A stretch of DNA of 64,000 nucleotides from Bacteroidales bacterium (lineage in GTDB: Bacteria > Bacteroidota > Bacteroidia > Bacteroidales > UBA10428). The stretch is taken from assembly GCA_016926205.1 (NCBI GenBank), contig JAFGPB010000062.1, forward strand, positions 5,759 through 69,758, written 5' to 3'. Shown here in pieces: positions 8,625 to 18,224 of this stretch; position 1 is the stretch's first letter, and every line of letters begins with the position of its first letter. The notes under the pieces are model-generated. The model was not told where the DNA came from. It saw only the letters and a program-made list of their open reading frames with translations, and made no database searches. The position numbers and the translations under genes were made by a program.

Positions 8625-8720
8625 ATGCCAAGCGGAAAGAAGCGTAAGAGACATAAAATGGCAACACACAAACGCAAGAAACGTTTGCGGAAGAACAGGC
8701 ATAAGAAAAAGAACCGTTAA
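8625..8720 (+). CDS. 31-aa highly basic peptide, bS22 (mS38/AURKAIP1-like) small ribosomal protein candidate
   Basis: MPSGKKRKRHKMATHKRKKRLRKNRHKKKNR. Lies 29 nt after the HU stop and is followed by a strong terminator. Absent from the ORF track because it is too short. Confidence 0.6.
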   Translation: MPSGKKRKRHKMATHKRKKRLRKNRHKKKNR

Positions 8721-8750
8721 GCTTTAACTTATTTTCAAATGAATGACATG

Positions 8751-8795
8751 AACCTAAAGTAGAACCGATTACTTTAGGTTTATTGTATTTATTTT
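8751..8795 (+). terminator. Rho-independent terminator after HU and the bS22-like ORF
   Basis: AACCTAAAGTA-gaaccgat-TACTTTAGGTT (11-bp perfect stem) followed by a T-rich tail tattgtatttatttt. Confidence 0.7.
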
Positions 8796-8850
8796 AAGTA
8801 TTCTCTCTGAGAGGTCTGCTTTCTGGCGTTTATAATAATCTATTAGTGAT

Positions 8851-10401
8851 GTGAGCAAAGAATTAATTATTGATGCATCTTCAAGCGATGTCAGTATTGC
8901 TCTTTTAGAGGACAAGAAATTAGTTGAATTGAACAAGGAAAAAAGCAACCTTCAGTTTGCTGTTGGTGATATTTTTCTGGGAAGGATTAAGAAACTCATG
9001 CCGGGACTGAATGCTGCTTTTGTTGATGTTGGCTTTGAGAAGGATGCATTTTTACATTACCTGGACCTGGGTCCTCAGTTCAGAAGCCTCCACAAATACC
9101 TGGAAGCGAGTCTGAGCCGGAAAGGAAAAATACCTGCATTTCAGAAGGCAAGACGTGAGCGTGATATCGACAAGGATGGCAAGATAACGGATGTTTTGTC
9201 ACAGGGACAGACCCTTTTGGTACAGATCGCCAAGGAACCCATATCAACAAAAGGCCCCCGTTTAACTTCAGAAATATCAATCGCCGGCCGGAACATCGTG
9301 TTGATGCCTTTCCATGACAAAGTATCGGTATCCCAGAAGATCCAGTCAGCAGAAGAGAGAAACCGCCTTAAAACTCTTTTGCAAAGTATTAAACCCCGTG
9401 GTTACGGAGTAATTGTCCGTACAGTTGCCGAAGGAAAAAAAGTAAAAGATCTGGATATTGAGCTTAAAAGTCTGGTAAGGAAATGGGAACAGGCCTTTGA
9501 GAACATGAAAGGGGTCAAACCACCTTATCTTTTTATCGGTGAACTGAAACGTATCTCTGCGATTTTGCGGGATTTGCTGAATTTTACCTTCAACAGCATT
9601 ACCGTTAATGATGAGATCATTTACCGTGACATCAAGGATTACATCAGTACCATTGCACCTGAGAAAGAAAAAATTGTCAGATTGTATAAAGGACATCTGC
9701 CCATATTTGAGCATTTTGGAGTTGAAAAACAAATCAAGGCTTCTTTCGGCAGAACGGTATCCTTTAAGAACGGGGCATATCTGATCATCGAGCATACGGA
9801 AGCCCTGCATGTTATTGACGTCAACAGCGGAAACCGCTCAAAGTCAGTAACTGATCAGGAAACAAATGCATTTGAAACCAATCTGGCCGCAGCAGAGGAG
9901 ATTGCCAGGCAACTCAGGTTGCGGGATATGGGGGGTATTATTGTAGTCGATTTTATTGACATGCAGGTGAGTGAGCACAAACAAAAGCTGAATGAAAAGA
10001 TGAAACAGGTCATGGAAACCGACCGTGCCAAACACAGCATATTGCCCCTGAGTAAATTCGGACTGATGCAGATTACCAGACAGCGCGTCAGACCTGAAAT
10101 GCATATCAGTACGATTGAAAAATGCCCGGCATGTAACGGAACCGGTGAGATCTCACCCAGTGTTTTGTTTGTGGATAAGATTGAAAACAATATCAGTTCC
10201 ATCGTCGCTGCAGGAAAATACAGATCCCTGATCATCAAAGTTCATCCTTACATTGCAGCCTATATCAACAAAGGATTTTTTGCGCTCAGGATCAGATGGA
10301 GTCTCAGGTTTAAGGTCTGGATTAGGACGATGCCGGTTTCTTCATTTGATTTTCTTGAATATCATATATACGATGGCAAGGGAGCGGAAATAACATTCTG
10401 A
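8851..10401 (+). CDS. rng: Ribonuclease E/G family protein (RNase G)
   Basis: 516 aa with an S1-like N-terminus, the VIDVNSG catalytic-core motif and a CPACNGTG zinc-link-like motif. GTG start. Confidence 0.9.
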   Translation: MSKELIIDASSSDVSIALLEDKKLVELNKEKSNLQFAVGDIFLGRIKKLMPGLNAAFVDVGFEKDAFLHYLDLGPQFRSLHKYLEASLSRKGKIPAFQKARRERDIDKDGKITDVLSQGQTLLVQIAKEPISTKGPRLTSEISIAGRNIVLMPFHDKVSVSQKIQSAEERNRLKTLLQSIKPRGYGVIVRTVAEGKKVKDLDIELKSLVRKWEQAFENMKGVKPPYLFIGELKRISAILRDLLNFTFNSITVNDEIIYRDIKDYISTIAPEKEKIVRLYKGHLPIFEHFGVEKQIKASFGRTVSFKNGAYLIIEHTEALHVIDVNSGNRSKSVTDQETNAFETNLAAAEEIARQLRLRDMGGIIVVDFIDMQVSEHKQKLNEKMKQVMETDRAKHSILPLSKFGLMQITRQRVRPEMHISTIEKCPACNGTGEISPSVLFVDKIENNISSIVAAGKYRSLIIKVHPYIAAYINKGFFALRIRWSLRFKVWIRTMPVSSFDFLEYHIYDGKGAEITF

Positions 10402-10416
10402 CCTGGCGGCCGGAAA

Positions 10417-10785
10417 TTATTTTTCAAAGATCATTTTTATTCCCACAAGCAACATCAATATCCCGAATATTATTTTTAAGGGTCTGTCAGGAATTCTCAC
10501 GGCAATCAAAGATCCGACATAACCTCCAATGAAAAACGCGATCATGACAATTACGGCAATTTTAAAATTCACATAGCCGTTCCTGTAGTAATTCCAGAAT
10601 GCAAGAAATCCTATCGGGAACAGGAGAATTGCCAGACTCGTGCCCTGGGCCTGATGCTGTGTCATGCCGAAAAAATAGACTAGTGCTGGCACCATAATGA
10701 TGGCTCCTCCGATACCCATGGCGCCTGAAATAATGCCGGCAGATAAGCCGATAAGGATCAATGCGATCAGATCGTGTGCATTCAT
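10417..10785 (-). CDS. Half-size TSUP (TauE/SafE) family membrane protein
   Basis: 122 aa with about 4 TM helices and a GAMGIGGAIIMVPAL motif. No second half on either side. Confidence 0.75.
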   Translation of the reverse strand: MNAHDLIALILIGLSAGIISGAMGIGGAIIMVPALVYFFGMTQHQAQGTSLAILLFPIGFLAFWNYYRNGYVNFKIAVIVMIAFFIGGYVGSLIAVRIPDRPLKIIFGILMLLVGIKMIFEK

Positions 10786-10793
10786 AATTCTTC

Positions 10794-13700
10794 TTAAAAA
10801 TCCAAACCTATCGAGAAATAAAATATCCGTGGCAACAATTGCCGGTTTTCAATACCCCAGGCCCAGTCAAACCTCATGAAATATCCCAGAAGCTGGGTGT
10901 GTATACCGAAACCGTAACCTGCCACGATCGGGTCGCGGTCCGTATCAACCGTTATGGTGATGGGTCCCTGCTCAATGGTGTCCTTATCGTATGCATTTGT
11001 ACTGGACCAAGGCAGGGGACCCGACCAGGCAGAACCCACGTCAAAAAAGCCCACCAGCTGAAAATTTTCAAAAAAGCCCCTGCTCAGCGGGTAATTGGCA
11101 ATGTATTTAAACAGCGGAAAACGGATTTCACTGTTGAACACAAAAAAGTTGTTGCCGTTTCTGATGTTCTGTGAAAAACCCCTCATATTGGTTCCGACTG
11201 CCTGAAATGCATAATTCTGACCCTGATCGATCGGAATCTCACTGAAAGGTATGAAGGTTGGTGTCCGGCCAGGGTTTATGTTGATCCAGTTGTCAACCCC
11301 TCCAAGATAGTAAATGATTCGGCTCGTTCCCTGGGAAGAGCTCCAGGCGAAACGGTTCGCCCAGATCAGTGAGCGGTGTACGCGTGTATAATGACGGAAA
11401 TCAGCGCCAAAAACCACAAGTTCATACAGATCCTTATACAATTGTTCCTGGAATTCGGCAAAAATCTTATACCGGGTTCCGCTGTATAAGTTCATTCCGA
11501 GTGATCTTGTATTGTCAAAAATGTATTCAAACTTCAATCCCAGCCAGTTTTTATGCAGATTTGGTTCATTGAGATAGTTGGGATTGTTTGAGAGGAAGAC
11601 GGTCCTGTCATTCCTGAATGAAACGGTTGCTGCAAAAGCTTTTACCTGGTTCAGCGGATATCTCAGTACCAGAGAAAGCTGGTGTGAATGGGTCTTGATC
11701 TCAAATGTACCACCTTCACCATAACCTGTATTCTTGAATGCTTCACGGTGGAAAAAGATCTGCTTGTCAAGTCTTTTTTTCAGGTTTTCAAAACTGAGCA
11801 AATATTCATTTGCGTCAAAATCAGGGGATAACCGGGCTCCTCCCGTGATCTTAAGGTCTTCGAACAGATCGTTGGCACCCACTTTAAAAAGCACGTTAAA
11901 CCCGGGATTGAAATAGAATGCACCTCCTGTAAATGCCTGATATGAGGCGTTTAGAAAGTTGAAATCAACCTGTGAGACCAGAGTATTCTGATAAAATGCC
12001 GGTCGGTACAATATGATTCTGGGTTGTTCTTCCTCAGCTGTATCAACTGTTATCGCAAGATTTCTGTCCCTTAGCTGTTCATTATAGAAATTGATTTTTT
12101 CAATCTCAAAAACATAGTTGTTGATATCAATCTTGTTATCGCTCAACTTCAATGTGTCACCGTCGTCAACAATCATATTGTCTACAAGATCGCTCAGCAG
12201 GATCATGGTTCTTTTTTGGTTCTGGATGCTGTCCTCAACACTCAGAATTGTCAGGCGTTCATTTTGGCTGGCTGTAGATTCCATTGCTTCCGCACCGGAA
12301 AGTACAATATTTTCCAACGGATGATCAAAAATTCTGTCGCGGTTGTCATTGTATATCACTTCAACAACATTACCGGTGTTTTCGTTATAATCCTGTTCCA
12401 GAATGTTTCTTGAATATTGGGTGACCGGATGGGTCCGGGCAAAATACCTGTAATGAATGATTGTATCAATATAGCTGATGGTACTGTCGAACTCAGTCCG
12501 GTACCTGTTTGTGATGCCCGTTATATCATTTAGTTGTATGAATTCGTTTTCTCCGGTTTCCAATGGCAAATCTGAATTGCTGTAATCCAGGTCATTTAAG
12601 CGGATCAGTATATCCGACCTGTTTTTGTAATCACAGATGAACAAATCAGTTGTCAATGCACGTCTGCCGTCATCATTATTGAATCCAAGCGTATCAGAGA
12701 TCCTGTCGGAGGAAAAGATGATTTTTTCGGAATGGTCAATAAAACGCGGGGCAAAATCATTCGCCGGGTCGTTAGTGATCTGATCATTCGTAGATGAGGC
12801 AATGTTGTGGACGTAGATGTCAGGCTGGCCATTTCTTGTCCCGGCGAACACAAATGATGAACCGTCATCCGAGAAATGGAAGTCAAGTACTTTCTCAAAA
12901 TACAGGAAATTCCTGACAACGGTTTCTTTTTCACTGATGTCGTAATAGTACAACCTGAGCATCCCTTTTTCTTCTGTAATGAAAGACAGGTAGCGACCCG
13001 AGGGATGCCAGGCTATTGCCGGATAACTATAATCGGCAATCTGTTCCAGACGGTATCCAAGTCTGAATATTTTTTTTCTCCTGCCGGTGCTTCTGTCATA
13101 CAGGGATACTTTGTACAGACCGATGTCATTCGAGACAAATGCGATATAATTGCCATCCGGACTGATTTTTGCCTGGTAATATCTCACATTTCGTCTTGGC
13201 CGTTTTAAAAGACTTTCTGTTTGAGGTACCGGAATGTTTCCCTGATCATCTGAAAAAACATCCATATAATATCCGATCCATTCATTGGTAAGGTCTTTCA
13301 GTGATAGTCCCAGCACTTCCAAAAAACTTGATTTCGTGGCTTTTGTAATGCTGGTCATGTATATGATGCTTGAAACAACTGATTTTCCGTAGGTGTCAGC
13401 AATGTATTTCCAGAATGAATGTCCTGCATATATGGCATCTTCACCCGTTAGTCTATTGAATTTCTGGTATGTTCCATTGATAATACCGTCTTTTACCCGG
13501 TTCTCAGTTTCAATGTCCCAGCTTCTGGACAAATAAGCTATAAGTCCTTCACTGAACCATTCGGGTATATTCATCAGCGTTGCATTTGTGAAATTATCAA
13601 GCAACTCATTACCGTATAACATCTCATTAATCGTCATACGTGCAACAGCTGCCTTAATTTGCTGGTCATAGGCATTAAAATCCCCTTCAAAGTAAAGAAA

Positions 13701-14087
13701 GGCCTTATTTCGGTTGAGGATCGTCGTCCCTCCGATATTGTAATCGCCCTGTCCAGTTATGAGTCCGATGTTGCTTTGGCGAAAATCTGACAAACGGTTG
13801 TGGACTATGAAAAGTAAACGTGCATCGAGGTTGTAGTTAAAATAATCCTGAATTCTCAGCATTGCCTGTTCGGCAAATTTCCCGGTATATTGTGCAAGGT
13901 TTACACCATCCTCATTGAAGTAAACATCGTAATCGTCGTAACGGTAGTACGACCAGACAAATTCGTTATACTGGACACGGTTCTTCCCGAAGGTCATCTG
14001 GTGGCCGTTGTAAAACTGCGCATATCCGACAGGTGAGAGTCCTGCCACAAAGATGATCAGTATGAACTGTCTTAACGATTTCCCCAT
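10794..14087 (-). CDS. Large outer-membrane protein: N-terminal globular region, TolB/PD40-type beta-propeller repeats, C-terminal Omp85 (surface antigen) type beta-barrel
   Basis: Signal peptide. PD40-like repeats (ISPDGNYIAFVSN, WHPSGRYLSFITE, FSDDGSSFVFAGTRNGQPDIY, IIFSSDR). C-terminus VGFFDVGSAW...GYGFGIHTQLLGYFMRFDWAWGI...GLDF. Confidence 0.75.
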   Translation of the reverse strand: MGKSLRQFILIIFVAGLSPVGYAQFYNGHQMTFGKNRVQYNEFVWSYYRYDDYDVYFNEDGVNLAQYTGKFAEQAMLRIQDYFNYNLDARLLFIVHNRLSDFRQSNIGLITGQGDYNIGGTTILNRNKAFLYFEGDFNAYDQQIKAAVARMTINEMLYGNELLDNFTNATLMNIPEWFSEGLIAYLSRSWDIETENRVKDGIINGTYQKFNRLTGEDAIYAGHSFWKYIADTYGKSVVSSIIYMTSITKATKSSFLEVLGLSLKDLTNEWIGYYMDVFSDDQGNIPVPQTESLLKRPRRNVRYYQAKISPDGNYIAFVSNDIGLYKVSLYDRSTGRRKKIFRLGYRLEQIADYSYPAIAWHPSGRYLSFITEEKGMLRLYYYDISEKETVVRNFLYFEKVLDFHFSDDGSSFVFAGTRNGQPDIYVHNIASSTNDQITNDPANDFAPRFIDHSEKIIFSSDRISDTLGFNNDDGRRALTTDLFICDYKNRSDILIRLNDLDYSNSDLPLETGENEFIQLNDITGITNRYRTEFDSTISYIDTIIHYRYFARTHPVTQYSRNILEQDYNENTGNVVEVIYNDNRDRIFDHPLENIVLSGAEAMESTASQNERLTILSVEDSIQNQKRTMILLSDLVDNMIVDDGDTLKLSDNKIDINNYVFEIEKINFYNEQLRDRNLAITVDTAEEEQPRIILYRPAFYQNTLVSQVDFNFLNASYQAFTGGAFYFNPGFNVLFKVGANDLFEDLKITGGARLSPDFDANEYLLSFENLKKRLDKQIFFHREAFKNTGYGEGGTFEIKTHSHQLSLVLRYPLNQVKAFAATVSFRNDRTVFLSNNPNYLNEPNLHKNWLGLKFEYIFDNTRSLGMNLYSGTRYKIFAEFQEQLYKDLYELVVFGADFRHYTRVHRSLIWANRFAWSSSQGTSRIIYYLGGVDNWININPGRTPTFIPFSEIPIDQGQNYAFQAVGTNMRGFSQNIRNGNNFFVFNSEIRFPLFKYIANYPLSRGFFENFQLVGFFDVGSAWSGPLPWSSTNAYDKDTIEQGPITITVDTDRDPIVAGYGFGIHTQLLGYFMRFDWAWGIENRQLLPRIFYFSIGLDF

Positions 14088-14336
14088 GCCTGCTGCCTGA
14101 TAAACAACTTTCAGGCGATAAAATTAATCTATTCTGATGAAAATACCACAGTTCATAAATAATTAGGAACCGGGGACCGGGATTGATGACTGGTTTATCT
14201 GGTCCGGGAGAAAGTACAAGCGGCTGGACTTGTCAGACGATCATAAAATGAACAGGAACTGAGCCATGACCCGTGAAATGAGCGTTAGAAAACCCTTCAG
14301 GAGATTCAGGATATCCTGCAGGGGTTTGGCTCATTA

Positions 14337-15308
14337 TCAGGCTTTGTTGGCACTTCCTAGTACGTTGATTATTTTATGTTTGTAAAGTTCTTTTAATTTA
14401 TCCCGGGCAGGTCCCAGATATTTCCGGGGGTCAAATTCCGACGGCGATTCTGCGAAAACCTTCCTTACAGCCGCGGTAACAGCCAGGCGTCCGTCGCTGT
14501 CGATATTGATCTTGCAAACAGCAGAAGCAGCAGCCTTTCGCAATTGTTCTTCTGATACACCTGCTGTGTTTTCCAGTACACCACCGTATTTATTAATTTC
14601 ATCCACTATTTCCTGCGGCACGGAGGATGCTCCGTGCAATACAATCGGGAAACCGGGTATCCTTTTTTCCACTTCTTCCAGAATGTCAAAACGCAAAGGA
14701 GGTGGCTGCTCACCGGGTTTAACCTTGAATTTGTAAGCGCCGTGTGAAGTGCCGATGGAAATGGCCAGTGAATCCACACCGGTCTTGCCCACGAAATCCT
14801 CTACTTCTTCAGGTTGTGTATAGGACGAATGCTCTGCCTGAACTTCATCCTCAATACCTGCAAGTACCCCGAGTTCACCCTCTACGGTAACGTCATACTG
14901 ATGTGCAAATTCAACGACCTGTTTTGTAACCTTCACATTTTCATCGTAAGGCAGGTGCGAACCGTCGATCATTACGGATGAAAAACCCGTTTCGATGCAT
15001 GATTTGCAGGTTTCAAAAGTATCCCCATGATCCAGATGCAGCACAATGGGTATTGCATAGCCCAGTTCCAGGGCGTATTCCACTGCACCTTTTGCGAGAT
15101 GCTGAAGGAGTGTCTGGTTTGCATATTTACGGGCTCCCTTTGAAATCTGAAGGATGACAGGTGAACGTGTTTCCACACAAGCGCCGATAATGGCCTGAAG
15201 CTGTTCAAGGTTGTTAAAGTTAAATGCCGGTATGGCATAACCTCCATTCATGGCTTTTCTGAACAATTCGCGTGAATTGATCAAGCCCAGTTCTTTATAA
15301 TGTATCAT
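14337..15308 (-). CDS. fba: Class II fructose-1,6-bisphosphate aldolase
   Basis: AIPAFNFNNLEQ, LHLDHG and VLHGASS motifs. Confidence 0.95.
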   Translation of the reverse strand: MIHYKELGLINSRELFRKAMNGGYAIPAFNFNNLEQLQAIIGACVETRSPVILQISKGARKYANQTLLQHLAKGAVEYALELGYAIPIVLHLDHGDTFETCKSCIETGFSSVMIDGSHLPYDENVKVTKQVVEFAHQYDVTVEGELGVLAGIEDEVQAEHSSYTQPEEVEDFVGKTGVDSLAISIGTSHGAYKFKVKPGEQPPPLRFDILEEVEKRIPGFPIVLHGASSVPQEIVDEINKYGGVLENTAGVSEEQLRKAAASAVCKINIDSDGRLAVTAAVRKVFAESPSEFDPRKYLGPARDKLKELYKHKIINVLGSANKA

Positions 15309-15516
15309 AATTGTTGTATTTTAATATTAAGATGCGCAATATAGCTCATTTCGGTCAAGCCTCCAAAATAATCGTCCGGAAAAAAGTTTTGTACGATATG
15401 ACTTTTCAGGCTGAAAAAAGGAAACGGACACCTTCAGCAAGAATCATACAACAGCCAAAGATGCCCTGTAAAAAATTGATTTTCAAGTGCTTTAATATGG
15501 GAGGAAGTTGCAGAAA

Positions 15517-16056
15517 TCAGGGATTGTCACAATCCTGGGGAGTCAGCTGAAGTTTGTCGACATCATATCCTTTCTGCCTGATGAGATCCAGAATTGTGGA
15601 ATATGTGCTGCTTGTGACGGAGGATTTCCGGCTGAGGATCCATAGGTATTTCCTTTCCGGATGACCGACCACTGCCCATGAATAGTCTTCAGCCAGTCCA
15701 ATGATATGATAATCACCACGGAAAGGCCAAAAAAACTGTACTTTAAGTTTTGAATTACCGGAACCTTTCACAGGAAATGCTTTTGCTCTGGCTACTGAGA
15801 TTTTCGATTTGTTGTTCTTGTATTTTATGCAACGGTTGATCACCCGGATATAGTTCTTTCCGGGCACCAGTTCATACTCGGCTGTCGTGCACCGGCAGTC
15901 TTTCTGAAACCAGGCAGGATAGGAAGCGATATCATACCACCTCCCCTTGTATTTATCGAGGTCCACGTTGTCAACCGTTTCAGGTGGTTGTGCCTTAACA
16001 TGGGTGAGAATACAAAGCATGATCAGGATCTGACTGGTTCTAAATAACATTTGCAT
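15517..16056 (-). CDS. blc: Bacterial lipocalin (Blc-like)
   Basis: YKGRWYDIASYP lipocalin signature and an N-terminal signal sequence. Confidence 0.85.
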   Translation of the reverse strand: MQMLFRTSQILIMLCILTHVKAQPPETVDNVDLDKYKGRWYDIASYPAWFQKDCRCTTAEYELVPGKNYIRVINRCIKYKNNKSKISVARAKAFPVKGSGNSKLKVQFFWPFRGDYHIIGLAEDYSWAVVGHPERKYLWILSRKSSVTSSTYSTILDLIRQKGYDVDKLQLTPQDCDNP

Positions 16057-16291
16057 TATAATCAGATATTTATAATGCGAGTTCAGACACAGGTCTAAAA
16101 ATACAAAATTTTATCAAGAAAGAAAAACAAACATCACTGAAGTAAGAACCGGAAGGAATCAAAATGAGGAATGCGTCAGATTATTCCGTTAGCATATTTA
16201 ACGTATAAGGGGTAGCATTACAATATAATATAAAAAATTAGTTTTATGCCATATAAAAATAAAGGTAATATATGTAAAATATATAAAAATT

Positions 16292-16322
16292 TTTGTTTAT
16301 ACCCTAAAAAAATATATATTTG
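16292..16322 (+). promoter_or_regulatory. Bacteroidota-type sigma-A promoter for amtB-glnK
   Basis: TTTG (16292-16295), a 19-nt spacer, then TATATTTG (16315-16322). This matches the TTTG / TAnnTTTG consensus and lies 33 nt upstream of the ATG. Confidence 0.45.
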
Positions 16323-16354
16323 CTGCAATATTTTATGAAATAAACTTGCAAATT

Positions 16355-17689
16355 ATGAAAGCGATCAAAAGAAGAAGCATTTTTGCGATTGGGGTTTTGG
16401 TTGTTCTGACTGCCGGTTCAGTTCAGGCGGCAGACGGCAATCATATCGATACCGGTGTAACAGCCTGGATGCTGACTTCAACGGCACTGGTGTTGCTTAT
16501 GGTACCCGGACTTGCCATGTTTTACGGCGGGCTTGTGCGGACCAAGAATGTGCTGGGGACCATGATGCACAGTTTTGCAGCGATGGGCATCATGGCTGTA
16601 TTGTGGGTGGTCGTCGGTTATTCCATGAGTTTCGGATCCAATGTTCTGGGCGGCTGGTTTGGCTGGAACAGTGATTATTTTTTACTGAAGGGCATTGACC
16701 AGAATATCATGGATGCCGGTGTACCGGAATATGTTTTTTCCATGTTCCAGGGAAAATTTGCAATTCTGACACCTGCATTGATCGCGGGTGCATTTGCAGA
16801 ACGCATATCTTTCAAAGGTTACATGGTTTTTATTGCGGTATGGGGAATTTTGGTGTACAATCCCCTTTGTCACTGGGTATGGGCATCAGACGGTTTTCTC
16901 TTCAACATGGGAGCAGCAGGGGCCATTGATTTTGCAGGCGGTACTGTTGTGCATATCGCTTCGGGGATCAGTGGTCTGGTTGCCGCTTTGTATCTCGGAC
17001 CGCGAAGAGGTTATTCAAAAACTGCTGCGGCTCCGAGCAACCTGGTCATGACCATGATAGGTGCTGGTTTGTTGTGGGTGGGTTGGTTTGGTTTCAATGC
17101 AGGAAGCAGCATTAACAGCGGACTCCTTACGGCACAAGCACTTACAGCTACACAAACAGCTGCGGCAGCCGGTGCAATGACCTGGATCATCATCGAGTCA
17201 TTGCATCAGGGCAAAGCCACTGCACTGGGTTTTGCCAGTGGAATACTGGCCGGACTTGTTGCTGTGACACCTGCTGCCGGAGTTGTGCAGCCTGCCGGGG
17301 CACTGGCATTGGGTGTCATCGCTTCGGGAATATGCTACACAGCGATCATCATAAAAAACAGACAAGGATACGATGACAGTCTCGATGCATTCGGGATCCA
17401 TGGTGTAGGTGGTATTGTGGGTTCACTGATCCTGGTGTTTTTTATCAGGGAAAGCTGGATGCAGGATGCTGCTGCTGCTGCGGGAGGATCATGGACCATG
17501 TGGCAGCAGTTTGGTGTACAGGCAGTCGCGGTTGCAATTGCCATTGGGTATGCTGCCCTGCTGACATTCCTGATCATATTTGTGATCAACAAAACCATCG
17601 GTCTCCGGTCTTCAACGGAATCTGAAATGCACGGAATGGACCATTCATATCATGGAGAACAGGGTTACGGTATGCTCAATCCGAGATAA
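16355..17689 (+). CDS. amtB: Ammonium transporter
   Basis: About 11 TM helices with AIDFAGGTVVHIASG and DAFGIHGVGG signatures. I prefer the ATG at 16355 over the tracked TTG at 16346. Confidence 0.95.
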   Translation: MKAIKRRSIFAIGVLVVLTAGSVQAADGNHIDTGVTAWMLTSTALVLLMVPGLAMFYGGLVRTKNVLGTMMHSFAAMGIMAVLWVVVGYSMSFGSNVLGGWFGWNSDYFLLKGIDQNIMDAGVPEYVFSMFQGKFAILTPALIAGAFAERISFKGYMVFIAVWGILVYNPLCHWVWASDGFLFNMGAAGAIDFAGGTVVHIASGISGLVAALYLGPRRGYSKTAAAPSNLVMTMIGAGLLWVGWFGFNAGSSINSGLLTAQALTATQTAAAAGAMTWIIIESLHQGKATALGFASGILAGLVAVTPAAGVVQPAGALALGVIASGICYTAIIIKNRQGYDDSLDAFGIHGVGGIVGSLILVFFIRESWMQDAAAAAGGSWTMWQQFGVQAVAVAIAIGYAALLTFLIIFVINKTIGLRSSTESEMHGMDHSYHGEQGYGMLNPR

Positions 17690-17727
17690 TCGGTCATACA
17701 GGATAATAAACAGTTAAACCTATTGTA

Positions 17728-18072
17728 ATGAAACTAATTACTGCCATAATACGTGAAAACAAGCTGGATCATGTGCGGGAAGCATTGATCGATGCAGAAA
17801 TAACAAGAATTACAGTAAGCAGGGTTTCCGGACACGGACAGCAGATCCGTGAGGAAATCTATCGGGGGAAAAAGGTAATTCCGGACCTGATCCCGAAAAT
17901 CAAGCTTGAGATTGCTGTGAATGAGGCCTTTGTCAAGATTACCCTGGATACCATTATCAGGGCGGCAAGAAGCAACAGCACTGGGGAAGTGGGTGACGGT
18001 AAAATATTCATTTCACCGCTGGATGAATGTATCAGAATCAGGACGGGCGAGACAGGCAGCTCTGCAATATAG
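17728..18072 (+). CDS. glnK: P-II nitrogen regulatory protein
   Basis: MKLITAIIRENKLDHVREAL..., T-loop region and GDGKIFISP motif. Immediately downstream of amtB. Confidence 0.95.
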   Translation: MKLITAIIRENKLDHVREALIDAEITRITVSRVSGHGQQIREEIYRGKKVIPDLIPKIKLEIAVNEAFVKITLDTIIRAARSNSTGEVGDGKIFISPLDECIRIRTGETGSSAI

Positions 18073-18151
18073 CTGCCAGGTAACCGGTAAATGATTGAGG
18101 CTGTGGTTGAAGCACTTTCGTGATTGATTTCCGAGTGGCCGGTATTCATAT

Positions 18152-18195
18152 ATGAACCCGGATGATCAGCGGGAAAAGGCTGTATCCGGGTTCAT
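18152..18195. other. Perfect 12-bp stem-loop between convergent genes
   Basis: ATGAACCCGGAT-20 nt-ATCCGGGTTCAT. No adjacent U-tract on either strand. Confidence 0.4.
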
Positions 18196-18224
18196 TACGA
18201 TGCATCCGTCCCTTTAACAGATTA

